From contig NMRA01000234.1 in NCBI GenBank assembly GCA_002633005.1, positions 245,535 to 309,534 on the forward strand: a DNA stretch of 64,000 nt, in the 5' to 3' direction. A program made the translations under genes and the position numbers. Numbering within the stretch: position 1 is the first letter of the stretch; every line of letters begins with the position of its first letter. The notes beneath the pieces were generated by a model. That model had not been told where the DNA came from and did not search any database. It was given only the letters and a program-made list of their open reading frames with translations. This DNA is from Phoronis australis. Lineage: Eukaryota; Animalia; Phoronida. Shown one piece after another: positions 13,611 through 25,600 of this stretch.

Positions 13611-16600
13611 ATGTCGAATCCGAAAACTAAAACTGCTCGGCGTAAAAGGCCAACTAAAACGAAGGAGCCACAGAAGTCTTCCGCAGTCAACAAGGAAGAC
13701 GGCAACAACCTACGTCTGCAGACTGGTAAACACTGTCACTAGACTTGAGTCTAAACAGTTGACAAATGACAGTGACCACAGTCTGTAGCTGGCCCAGTGG
13801 AGACGGTGTAACTCTTATAGGAGCTTCATACGCCGGAAGATTTTCGGCGAATTATGCCTCATACTGATTAAAAAATAAAAGTCACGTTGTTATAAGTACC
13901 TTTTACGCACAGAGGGACACCTTAGGAGGCTGTCGATGTCTTTAATTTCGTCCAACTTGAGCCAAATACTCCCATTATCAAAGTTTTTCTTGGAATAGTC
14001 TTTCGTTGAGTTCCCAAAACTGGAAACTGGCCATTTTTAACGCTGCACGCATCAGGTAGTATGACTTCATATCCCCTGCGTGCCACTACAAATGGCGTCT
14101 TCCTGTGAAACTATTTATTAACCTTTCCAGAATATCACACGGACAACAAAATTCCAGAAGTTGCACATCAGTGGTTGTTGGTGCTACTTCATCACTCAGA
14201 AAAGCCAATAACAAGATAGCGTCTAGTTCTATGTCAGTGCCTTCCTAACAAAAAGCCTAATATGAATTGAGTTTGAGAGCTGTTGAGTTTACAGATGTTT
14301 TATCTTTGGCCATATTCGTACGTTGTTTTACTTATGTTCGTCATGTACTTACTTGCAGGCGAACGCCACACAGGTAATGATGACAGGTTTGAAGAGGTCC
14401 ATCCTACAAAACGTCAACGACTCAAATGGAAACCTGTCAGGAAAACATCTATTGAGTTTGTTGATGGTATTTTTGACCAAACAATAACGTAAGTGTCATC
14501 AAATATTTTGTCTTTACAATGCAGTCTCCACATAAAGCGGCTACTTATTTTTATGTCTTCAGCTTACTTTAATACAATTGTTTGCTTAATGTTATATGTC
14601 ACTTGTAATTTGTGAGTATTTGCAATTCATATAAAATTAATTAAGATTTGCTTACCTGGAGGTGTTCCCGTGTTCTGAGCTTAATAAATTCCCCAATTCT
14701 ATGAACTGAGATAAGAAACCCAAGTGTAATATATTATTCTCATCCTTTGCAAACAAAACAATGGAAATTTCATATGCTACTCTTGATTTTTTTATCTTTC
14801 ATGTTGAAACATATTTTGTGTGCTTGTGTCTTTTCTGAATCATACATTTTACTGAGTGATCTGTATGGCCAAGGGGGTGTACTTTAGAAGTGGGTTATTT
14901 TGTAAGGTACACTTGTAGTACAATTTTGTTGCAGGAAACTTCTCGCCAATGCCACACCCAGCTCATACAATGCCATTCAAGACAACCTCAATGCACTGAG
15001 ATCAAGGTTTTGTCATTTTTATTATTTTTTTTTCAAAGTTTAGCTTACTCACTTTGCAGAGGCATACGCCAGCTTTGACAAGATTTTAGGCCTATTTTTA
15101 CCTAAAGTAAACACCGACAAAGATATCTTCCCAGTGAACACATTCTATTGTTGCGACAAAAGACAACGTCTCGCTAAGACTTGAGTAAGATGTAAACATT
15201 GCAAAGTTCAAGTCAGGCAGCATGTAGAGTATATTTTAAAGAAGCCTTTGTTTCTACCATTTATATTGAACATAGTTACATGTATCTCAAAGTCTGCCTT
15301 TCAGTTCATGTCTGCCATCTTCAAACACGGCCATTCTTGCCATATATTCTGCAATGAGTTGTTTTCACATTAATCCCATTGTTTCAGATGTGTTAGGAAA
15401 CTTCGTGGTCAACATGCTCCTACAGGGTTCATGCAAGTTAATTATAAAACACTCCGCAACACGATGGTATGTTAGGCCAAAGAAAATAGGGCACTGGTTC
15501 TGATCTGTGTTTTGTTTTGAAAGTTTTCATATGGAAAAATTTCCTGATGCCAGTTCAAATGGGCCGGGATCCTTCTTTTTTATCAGGATCGCCTGATGTG
15601 ACGTGCAAGATGCAGGTTTAATGCCATTTTGCTTAAATAATGTCCAAGGTCTAGTGAAAACATAATGTCCTTGATGCAGTAAAGTACACTCAAAATTTAA
15701 CAATTTACGAAACAAGATTAACTTAACCAGCTTCAACCCATGCTTGTGTTTTTTTACACACTGCAGGTTAATCACAGTATGGCGTTTTGTAAATATAGAT
15801 TATTACATGGCGAAGTCATTAACCCCCGTAATCTAGAGCCCGAGTGGATTTTGGAGAATTATCGCCCAAGGGGCGTTAGCCTGGAGGACGATAATTCTAC
15901 AAAATCCATAAGGGGGATAACGTATGAATGTCGGTACAGTGCTGTTTGTTGAACATGTGATTGTTGCGCGTGATCATTTAAGTATTCTTTTTTCACGTTC
16001 GATGGCGTCAGCTGCTAAGTGTTGCAGTGGTAAAGTAGACCACTTGAAACTCTTGCAGAGCGGGTTCGAAACCGGCCACGGTTTCCCGCCAAAGTGTTAT
16101 TCAACGTGCGTTGAATAACTTAATCGGTTATTCAGGCTGAAAATGTGGTATAATGAATTTTATTGTAAATTTAACTGTATTTTGAGTAACTGTGTGTCCA
16201 AAGTGCTTTTAATACTTAGGACGAGATTCCCTAGAATTATCCCACGTCCATTGATTTTAATTAAGAAAGACACAGTTTCATGTGCACTGTCTGGTGTTTG
16301 AACTCCTAATGTACTCACCATGAAATAAACTATTTTTCACTATACAATTAGTCTCGTCTAACTTATACTTATTACAAGTTAGTAAAATTAATTTTATTGG
16401 AAGTGGTTCTGAATTTGTGTAGAACTTGTCTGGCAAATAGTTGTTGCTGAAGACTGAGGCCTCTAAGCTGGAATTGATTGACTTCAAAACTGATAGTAGA
16501 GCCACCGACTGCAAACTAAACTAGTATGTTGAAAACATCAGTTTTCTTCATAGGCGTGGTTGCGCATTCCCCTGATATCAATACTGCCATGACAACTAAA

Positions 16601-19600
16601 ATTAGCCTGCAGTGACTAGTAACTTTGCGTGGTCCTGTTCTGAAGCATCTCAATTCTTCTCAATTCTAGAAACCATTTCTTATTTAAAGTAAGAATTTAA
16701 AAAAATGAGACTGATGTGTATAGCAGTTAGGCGCTTAATTCAAATGTTGGGATTTGACAGAAGGCATGGGTTCATTGCCTCTTAACCTTTGTTGTGAAAA
16801 ATCATTTTTATAAACTTTCCTTTAAATTTGCATGTTTGTTTTTTTTTTCTGTTTAAGTTGAAATGCTCTGTGTTTTCAGGCACAAGTGGAAAAACAGTTG
16901 ACTCAAACATCAGCTCAGCTAGAAAAATTGGAGCAAGAGTTAGAACTAGCACAAAGGTCAGTTAGTTTCACAGGACCACAATGGTTCTGTAATATTATTA
17001 TAGGCCTTCCAGAACCACAGTGGTTCTGTAATATTATAGGCCTACCAGGACCACAATGGTTCTGTAATATAATTATAGGCCTACCAGGACCACAATGGTT
17101 CTGTAATATAATTATAGGCCTACCAGGACCACAATGGTTCTGTAGTATTATTATAGGCCTACCGGTGTATTTGGTAACTTATTTTAATGCCACAAGCTTA
17201 TGTGTGCGGGCATGAAATTGCATGACTTGTTATCTGCGGAGTAAAGAAAAAGGGTTTGCTCGTAAAAAGCCATCCGGATGAGGTATGATGACTGCTTAGG
17301 CTGGTCTAGCACGATGGATTTGCATTATGTTAAATTATGATAAACATTTGCCAGTGCATTTAAGAATGGTCTGTTTATAATAAAATATAACATGTATATT
17401 ATTTCCTTGTGCATTTATTAGAAATGCTCTGTGTCTACAAGTTCTGTTTATACAAATTAAAAAATATAATAAATTTTTGATTGTACGTTTAAAATGATAG
17501 CTTAAATATTAATTAGAAAGCACAATTCTTAACAATTTTTGTCTTAATGGCATCTTATTTTCATCGTTAAAGCCTCTACTTACTTTATCTCTCCAATTCC
17601 TTGTACCCCATCTTTTGTCTGGGACTATACTTGAACTCATCAATAAACAGAATCCATGGAAATAAATAATATTTTTGTTTTCTATTCAATATTATATGCG
17701 TCTTCAATTTAGGGTCAACAACCAGCAGAAAGATGAACTTGACAAGTTTGCAGAATTTGTTGACCCAAGCGACCTTCAGCAGACCACCCATCCATTGTTG
17801 ACTGACCATTCTGATAGTCTTCTTGGGCTACCAGATCTTCCAAAGAGCTCACAGACTGAGGTGAGGGATTTTCTTTCTTGTGTAAAAGAGAATATCCCTG
17901 AATGCTTAGGTACTGAGTATGTATTTGGCTTTAAATTGTCCAAGCACCGTTCTTGTGAATTTACTACTAGCCGCCATAAACAAGGGTAGACACTGTAGGC
18001 CTTTTGTGAAATACGAAGCAAGGTAGATTTTCGTCTCAGTTCTCTTGACATCATGGTACTAGCTGTTATTGTGCAGTGGGAATTCACCTATGGTTTGTGA
18101 AACATGCTGGTTTCCCAAGCGCAAGCCTATAGACCTTACGAGAAGTTATGCAACAGGGTGACGATTTTGTACCATTTTTCTGCTTTGTTGGGATGCTTGC
18201 AAGTGATCTAAGCATGATCGTGTCTCTGAGTACCAACTACAGTGCCCTAAATTTCAGTCCGGGACCACCAGATGTCAAAACACCCACTCCTGCGCTGCTT
18301 AACTGCACCCACACACCAATGATCAAACTCTAGTACCGGGACCAGATTCTGTGACAGTCCCTCTCAATTCCGGTTCTGGACTTTAAAAAGCAGCCGTGGG
18401 GAATCTGGTCAATGGAACTGGAGTGGAGTCACCAGGTTTGCAGCAATTATGGCGCGTTTGTGGAGTTATGGGGCGTGGGATTGGAGTGCTGGTTCGAGAC
18501 TTGAGTTTAGAGGATCTTAACTGGAATTAAGAGACTCAGTCATTAAGTTTCTGCCCTGTGATAAATCATGTTCTGGTGTTCAAAACATCATATTTCTTCA
18601 CAGGCATATTTGTATTGAATGGATCGTCTTCAAAACTGGTTGAATAGGCCTTAAGTGCTGAAACCACTACTAATCATGTTATAGTTTTAAAAGATCAGTT
18701 TTTTTTTCGCAGGATTATTATTTGCTTTTCCCAAACAATATCTCTGTGTTCTTATTCTTACTTTGAATTGAAATTGGTTAGTACTAATAATAAATTGGCT
18801 GGAATGCCCCTTACGACCATACTAAAACTAAACCGCCTTGGCTAGCGACTTGTCCAAGCCAGTTAGTTTCACGGTCTGAAGCAGTAATTACCGGTCAGTT
18901 CTTGTCAAGCCTGGAGTGATATGAATTCACATCAGGTTGATGAGAAATGATCATCATTATAATACCCTCAATGAAAAACCTTTTGTGATTGCCAAGTGGT
19001 AAGAAATCATAAATTACCAAAATTGATGACAGACATTGCATGAAAAATTTTATCAACCATTTAGGTTATGTAGAACCCTAGAAAATTTGACTAACATCAG
19101 AATATAATATCTCAAAAAAGACCGATCAGATTCATGCGAATCTTTCACATAGTATGCTTTATACACCGTTCTCCAAAATGCTGTTAGAAATTGTTTTTAA
19201 AATGCTCTTCTTTTGTTTAAGGGCTATCAGATCAGAATGGATTTTTGATGATTTTAACAAAAAATACGCATAATTTTTACTAAGCAGGCATGGTCATGTG
19301 ACCCTATTAATGGCAGATTGGTAAAAAATCAAAAATACTTCTTCTTTCAGAAAATATATACATAATCTTTGTTTTGACATCGCTATCATATACAAGTTGA
19401 AATATTCAACAATAAACTGATCAGTTTTTGTCAAAAGACTCACCTTGAGTCTGCTGCCTGACAACAATATATGTCAGCTTCTTTCAAAAAGTTGATACGA
19501 TGTCACTCTTAAGTCGTTCAACTTTGCTTCCTTTCAGGCTGCGATGCACGAAATGCAGTTTGCGAAGAGTCTGAAGTTTACCACAGGCTTTCATGTTCAA

Positions 19601-19657
19601 GAGCTTGTGACAGCTACTGCTGCTTTAGTGGGGACCCTGCCAGAGACATCAGACTAA
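13611..19657 (+). CDS. CENPQ: Centromere protein Q-like (CENP-O/P/Q/U complex subunit), 7 exons, ~246 aa
   Basis: Exons 13611-13725, 14359-14488, 14935-15006, 15388-15466, 16880-16956, 17713-17860 and 19538-19657 (TAA) join in frame. Basic N-terminus; RLKWKPVRKTSIEFVDGIFDQTIT...IQDNLNALRSR resembles CENP-Q KTWQPLSKSTRDHLQ...IQYHLNFLKKR; followed by a coiled coil and SLLGLPDLPKSS (cf. GVLSLPELSQK). The gene model is stronger than the identity call. Confidence 0.65.
15790..16250. mobile_element. Hairpin-bearing non-autonomous element (HINE/MITE-like) in a CENPQ intron
   Basis: Hairpin 15845-15908, TGGATTTTGGAGAATTATCGCCC...GGACGATAATTCTACAAAATCCA; AGAATTATCCC echoed at ~16233; CpG-richer than the host intron. 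Confidence 0.5.
16971..17165. repeat. 39-bp minisatellite CCAGGACCACAATGGTTCTGTAATATAATTATAGGCCTA x5
   Basis: Direct inspection; begins ~14 nt after the donor at 16957 and explains the repetitive 109-aa ORF. Confidence 0.92.
18222..18536. mobile_element. Old palindromic MITE-like element
   Basis: Degenerate nested inverted repeats, e.g. CTCTAGTACCGGGACCAGATTC / GAATCTGGTCAATGGAACTGGAG, with GTCTCT.../...AGAGAC ends. Confidence 0.45.
18778..18912. repeat. Dispersed repeat; a second copy lies at ~24351-24472
   Basis: The two copies share AATAAATTGGCTGGAAT..CCC and GGTCTGAAGCAGTAA. Confidence 0.6.
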
Positions 19658-19785
19658 AGGGACACGCAGCAGGAGATAGTGGTGGACCCTGCCAGACAGC
19701 GGACTAAAGGGATACGTAGCAGGAAATCGTGGCGGACACTGCCAGAGACAGCGGACTAAAGGAACACGTAGCTGGAGATGGTGGC
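19628..19785 (+). repeat. ~52-bp tandem repeat x3 spanning the CENPQ stop codon
   Basis: Unit GGACCCTGCCAGAGACA..GACTAAAGGGACACG.AGCAGGAGAT.GTGG; the first copy contains the TAA. Confidence 0.85.
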
Positions 19786-22621
19786 TGTATTACACCTATC
19801 AACATTCCTTCAATGGAGTGCTCATAATCATGATGGGCTGGCTGAAACCAGACAGTGATGCAGACAAAAATTAGGAAAACTGGTCAACATATTTATTGAT
19901 CTACAGTGCAGCCCGTTGGTTTAATGTCCAGAAATGATCCTTGAGTGATACTTATAGCCAGGTGTCCTTCACAAACACAGATGATGAAAGGAGAACTTAA
20001 CATTAACTAAGGGATTTATTCCAATGAGAAGTATTCTCAATAAAGCGCTACCATTACCATTTTATTTTGTCTTGATGATTTGTCTAACAAATAATTGAAT
20101 GTTTCGATGATGTCACACGGAACTTGTAGTACATAAGAAACATTTCACTTTTCTAACAAGTCTTTAGTTGGGCTAAAATCAAGACATGGAAAGTGAGAGA
20201 CTTGTTCCTGAGACCTATTTCTTTCGCCAAGATATGGCTTTTTAATTTAGATATTAGGAAAATTTGTCCTGAATGGCAAAAGTGTAGCCATTATGTAATG
20301 ACTCTGCATAATGTACAGTGTAAGAATTTGTTTTGTTGCTTGTTAATGTGGATGAACGTGCTGGAGACAACATTGTCATAATGATCCCAACTATAACAGT
20401 TAGTCAGTTGTCTGTATTATCTAACTTCTGCAGGGAAGAAGTTCTCACATTTTTTGTTCATCTCATGCCTGACAGCATGAAGGCATATGCATTTGACCAC
20501 TAGTAATACTGCACTCAAAAAGAGACAAAAAATGTCTGCTCGAAAATACTGAATACTAGTGATGGCGTATTCTGCACTGGTATTTCCAGATTTGAACTCT
20601 GAAAAGTGACAACCATATAAAAAAACATCAAATGTATGCTATGCACTCGTTTGAATGATACGAGTGAGCCAGATTTCCTACTCATTATTTACCTTTTCTA
20701 CTTGTATTTAGCCCTGTAGTACAACTACTATTGCACTGAATGGCTCCAGAATGGTTTGATGTACAAGATGTGTTGATCACAAATGAACCCTTCATTCATC
20801 ATTCCAGATGTACATGCTCACATGGATAATTTAAGAACAGTTACTGTAGAACCTCACGTACAAATAATACAAAATGATGGACATTGATAAAATGAAGTAT
20901 TGTTTCTGCATGCAACACATTGGATGTTTGAAGACCATATTGTCTTGAAAGGTGTATATTGAATGTTGGAGAATGAACTATTATAGTCATAGGCATGCAT
21001 TACTGAAGTTTTGTATATCAGCTGTATTTGAATACATCAACTGTACCTGTAGTTGGTGCTGTTCATTAAAAATTCAAGGTAAATCTAATTTGTTCGCAGT
21101 GATTGGTTTCCCTTCAACAGTTTCACTTCCAGTTGATAATAAATGTACTTAACAAGCAGTTGTAACCAAGTAAGTGCATGTACGCATTCCAAATCATGAA
21201 GTCTCATTTCTATGGAATTTGGTGAAAGTAATCTGTTTAAGAACGAGACAAAAAAATGAAAGAATGCAACTTGTATCAAAACTGTTATTCAAAATTTAAA
21301 GGCCGGTGATTTATGAGAGAAGAGTAGGATGTGTTGAAACTACACCATAGTGTATGCTGACATGTTATAAGTTTTTAGGCATATTAGAAATTAGAAGAAA
21401 AAGGGGAAAACAAAAAGGATGCCACTGTGCCTCAAGAAAATGTTTCAATATTAGACAAATATAACCCTCAGGTACAACAGTCAAACAGAATAGAACAGAA
21501 TCCCTTAACAGAATGCTCACTTCGACATCACAGTACCCGACACAGTATCTGTCAACTAATGACTACCATAACTCCAGGCAGTACAGTCCAACATCCTTAC
21601 TGAGTGACCTCTCGGCATGGCGGGCTTGTATGTGAAATAACCTCGTGGGTTAAGAGTTTGACATGATTTGAATGTCGTGATTAAGACCTAAGGAAACCCT
21701 ATAGTGTGGTCAGTGTAATTAGAAAGAGCACACAAGGCACTGTTGGTATCCTTTTTGTGTTCAACATCACTTAAGTACTGCACCCAAGTGTCGTTTTTGT
21801 TTCCCACTTCTTGACCTACATTGGTGTTGTCAAATTTCGCATACAAGCCACTCCGTGCTCATTTGTGCTGGTTTTCACACTGATGTAGTGAAGGTTCTGT
21901 AATATCTATAGTAAGCTGTTCATGGTTAAATCATGTTTGCATGCAGCAACATTTTTTTAGATTTTGCGAAGTTTGCTCCTGTCACCTCTGCACATGACAC
22001 TGCTGTATTGTTCAAACTGTAATACAAATGGTACTACTAAGGCCATCTATTGAGAACTAACAACTTTGATAGTAAAGACAATGACACAAGATGAACGTAC
22101 TGTATGGTATAGCATGCACTACTTGTTCCATAGGTTTGAAAACGACACTAAGAAGCTTTTTCCAAAGCACACAGTGTGTCACGAGTAAGACACCGTGCTT
22201 TCATTTACAATTTCTCATCAGAGCAAATCACACGACTTATCATATTAGACTACTCACTTGAACGTAAATATGAAAGCTACGAACAAAAAATACAACATTC
22301 AAGATTCTTTTTCTGTAATTAGAATAGCCATATACTTTAAGGACAACACCGATTCACAAATAAGTTGCTAGATGTAAGCAATTGACTTGTCCCCAACAAT
22401 ACACACATTGCTATATTTAGACACCAGACAGGGTTATGTACCAGGACTCCCATATTTAGATAACAGAATTAAATCCTGAATTCATTTAATGAGCAGGCAT
22501 AGTTGCACTGTCTAGTCTCCTTACAAGCTGGAAAGATAGGACATCGGTTTTGAATGATGGCTTGGTACTGGTTGTCCTATGTATTGCTGTTCTATGGTCA
22601 TCCATCTCTTGTCTGACACAA

Positions 22622-25600
22622 CTATGTAAAACGTGTTTGCTCACATATGTGGTTGAAATTCCTGCAAGAAAATGTTTGTAACAATTAAAAACAGATTTCA
22701 TGAAATTACACAATATGAAAATATCGAGTAACAAGTATACTCATACTGTACTCACACTAACTCGCTGTTGAACGAGACTTGAATAAAGTAGGGTGGGCAA
22801 AAGGAAAGTGGAGGGTTCCATTACATGATTAGTTAATAGTAGAACATGAGGTACACAGTTTTCCTCCCTCACTAACAATTTTATTTATTTATTAATAAGC
22901 ACAATTATTCCTCCATGTAATACATTTATGAAATATCTCCTTCCTCACAGTGATGCCCAGTTGTGGTATACAGACAGGTTCAATACATCACGTGTCAAGT
23001 ACTCACAAGTTTGCCTCATGTCACAGTGAAAACTTCCAATTCTAAGTTAAAGTATTACAAAAATTTTAAGGTTGTATTTGAACATGAAAACTATTTGGAA
23101 ATTGATAATCTTCCAAGAGTGTTTGCACAAAGTTTTAAACGTTTTCGATCTGCAAACCACAGACTGGCAGTAGAAACTGGTCGTCACGTAAATGTGATAT
23201 ATCAAGACAGAGTGTGTACATTATGCTCGAGGAATATCACTTTTTGTTAGTTTGTGATGCTTTTTCCGAAATCAGAGCTACGTTTCTAAGTGAGGGTCTC
23301 TGGACAAGTCCCTCTTTGTTTAAATTTCATAAACTGTTATGTAATCCCAATACCTCAGTTGTGAAATATGTATACCACACATCTTAAGTCCCGTTTAGAC
23401 ATCAACTTTTGCCCCGGCGCAACTGACACAGAGCAAATTGACCCATGTCAAGTGGCCGTTTACACACACAACTCATTAAATGGGGCAAGATGGAAATTAA
23501 AGACTGGAGACTGGATCGCACATGCGCAGGTTTACAAATGACGAGAGTTGCAGAGACAAAGAAGCCATACGCAGATCATTAGGCAAGCGCAGTAGAGATG
23601 ACCCTTTCCGCCTTGCCCCAGTTTCACGTTTAGACATATAATTGACACGGAGCAAGATGTTCGGGCACAAATTGCTCTACCTCACGGGTGGCAAAATTAG
23701 TCACCACGGTATCAATTTGCTCTGTGCCAGTCCCGTTTACACACTGGAACAACTTGTTCTGAGTCAGCTGATCCCTGTCAACTTTTGAAGTGTAAACGGC
23801 ACTTAAAAATGGAACAGCTTGGGTATTGCTGACTAATGTGCATAGCACCCCAATGGTCTTGTTTGTTTGTTTGTTGTACTTTGGGCCGATGGCCATGTGT
23901 ACAGATGAATAAAGGAAGGAAAGAAAAAACTACACAGTGGTTCAGAGGAAAAACTGTGGTACATGAGATGAGAAAAGAATGATGAAACAAGGATGTTAAT
24001 TGGAATGTCAGTGGAACATCTACTGTACATTAATTCTATCACGAAGTCTTGAGCTGTAATGCAAGAATCTGACTTACTCCAATAACCCAATGACATGTCA
24101 TGTAGGGTGACTATATATTAAGTGCCTGATTATGTAACAATAAAATTGAGTTACATACTTGGCATGGTGGGGCTTGTTCTTGGCTGTTCGACAATTTTTT
24201 CCCCAGTAACAGTCTGGTCGGGACTTGGCACTTTCTGAAATAACCAGATAGCTGATGATACAACACTGACAGTTATGGGTTAAAGCCATTCTGTGGTTAA
24301 AACACCAACTTTGTTCACATCCATTTTCATAGCATTCACAGCCCTTCTGCAACTAGTAACAATAAATTGGCTGGAATTTCCCTGACAAAAATGTTGCCAC
24401 TGCAGCTCACTAACAAGCAACCTCATGGGGAGGGTCTGAAGCAGTAACAAGCCGTCAATGCCTGTACAAGGTAATTTTACTTACAAAAAGCACATTGTTC
24501 AGAATGTCACTTATGTAAGGAAGACCTTGTTACTGGTACATCTGCCAAACCAAACACAATCTAGCCACCAGGATCGAAGGACACGTTGAAGTAGAGAGAA
24601 CCACTGATGTCAGTGAATACACATTATGACTGGCCATGTTATAAGAAACACCAATGCCATAGGTCAACCTTAAAGACCAATCACATCATTCAGTAGCTGC
24701 CATTTTGTTAGGACACACTGTCTAGTAAGCTACTAAGTATATTTACGAGATACACGGCTTTCATTCGCGTGATTTTACACCATCTTGTGTGATCTTACTT
24801 TTTTCGATAAGCTATTACATCTACAGAATGCACCTCTGATAAAACAAACTGTGTGCTATCTATCTACAGGAATTTATTTTGACATCAACAAACAAGTTTT
24901 GTTTAACATAAAATCCCATGTTATGAATAAAGTGTCATATAAGGGAAAGGTGCTGGAGATCTGGAGATGTGATCATAATTATCTGTTATTGATCTCATGG
25001 CTAATTTATTTACCTGGTAGGTGACTGTTAGGTATACTCTTTCTGTACTGGTAGACTAGTTCTTTGAAGTTCCTCAGTGCACATGCATAGCAGATGACTG
25101 TAGTTGACCCGTGGAGTCCACGTGTTTGATCTAAAGGTGAATGTAGATTGTGTGTGAACGATGCTACACAGGCTGAAATGCACCTCGTGTCAAGATCAAA
25201 TTTTCTACGTACATACACGATGACAACTGACGATTACTACATCCAGATTCCTGATATGCACAGCATCTGTGATAAAAAAACAATACCATAAAAACAATAG
25301 ATTATAAAAATAAATTCATTGGCTTCCATTCATAAGCAATACCTGGTACTGGTGTTCACGGGTAAGTTCTATCCACAGAACTAGTTAGACTCACCTGGAC
25401 ATGAGAATTGATTGGAATCCAGCTTTGAACAACATTCTACGAGGACATCATTAAACGTCTTGGACACAGACTGCAGGTAATCCTACAAGGAGCAAGAAAT
25501 GCTTGAACAGATGACCATCAGAAGTGAAGAACGATCAGATGACAACTTTGCATTCAAATGTTACTCTGGAAAGTGGGCAAAATGAAGATCCTCCTATACC

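Noticed and set aside
16957-17215. Repetitive ORF extension GPQWFCNIIIGLP
   Set aside because: It runs through a good donor (AG|GTCAGT) into a 39-bp minisatellite; the spliced model continues in frame at 17713
25217-25266. Extra CHFR exon with a good acceptor (TTATCACAG)
   Set aside because: The available donor gives a frameshift and read-through hits a stop; the protein is complete without it (a poison exon cannot be excluded)
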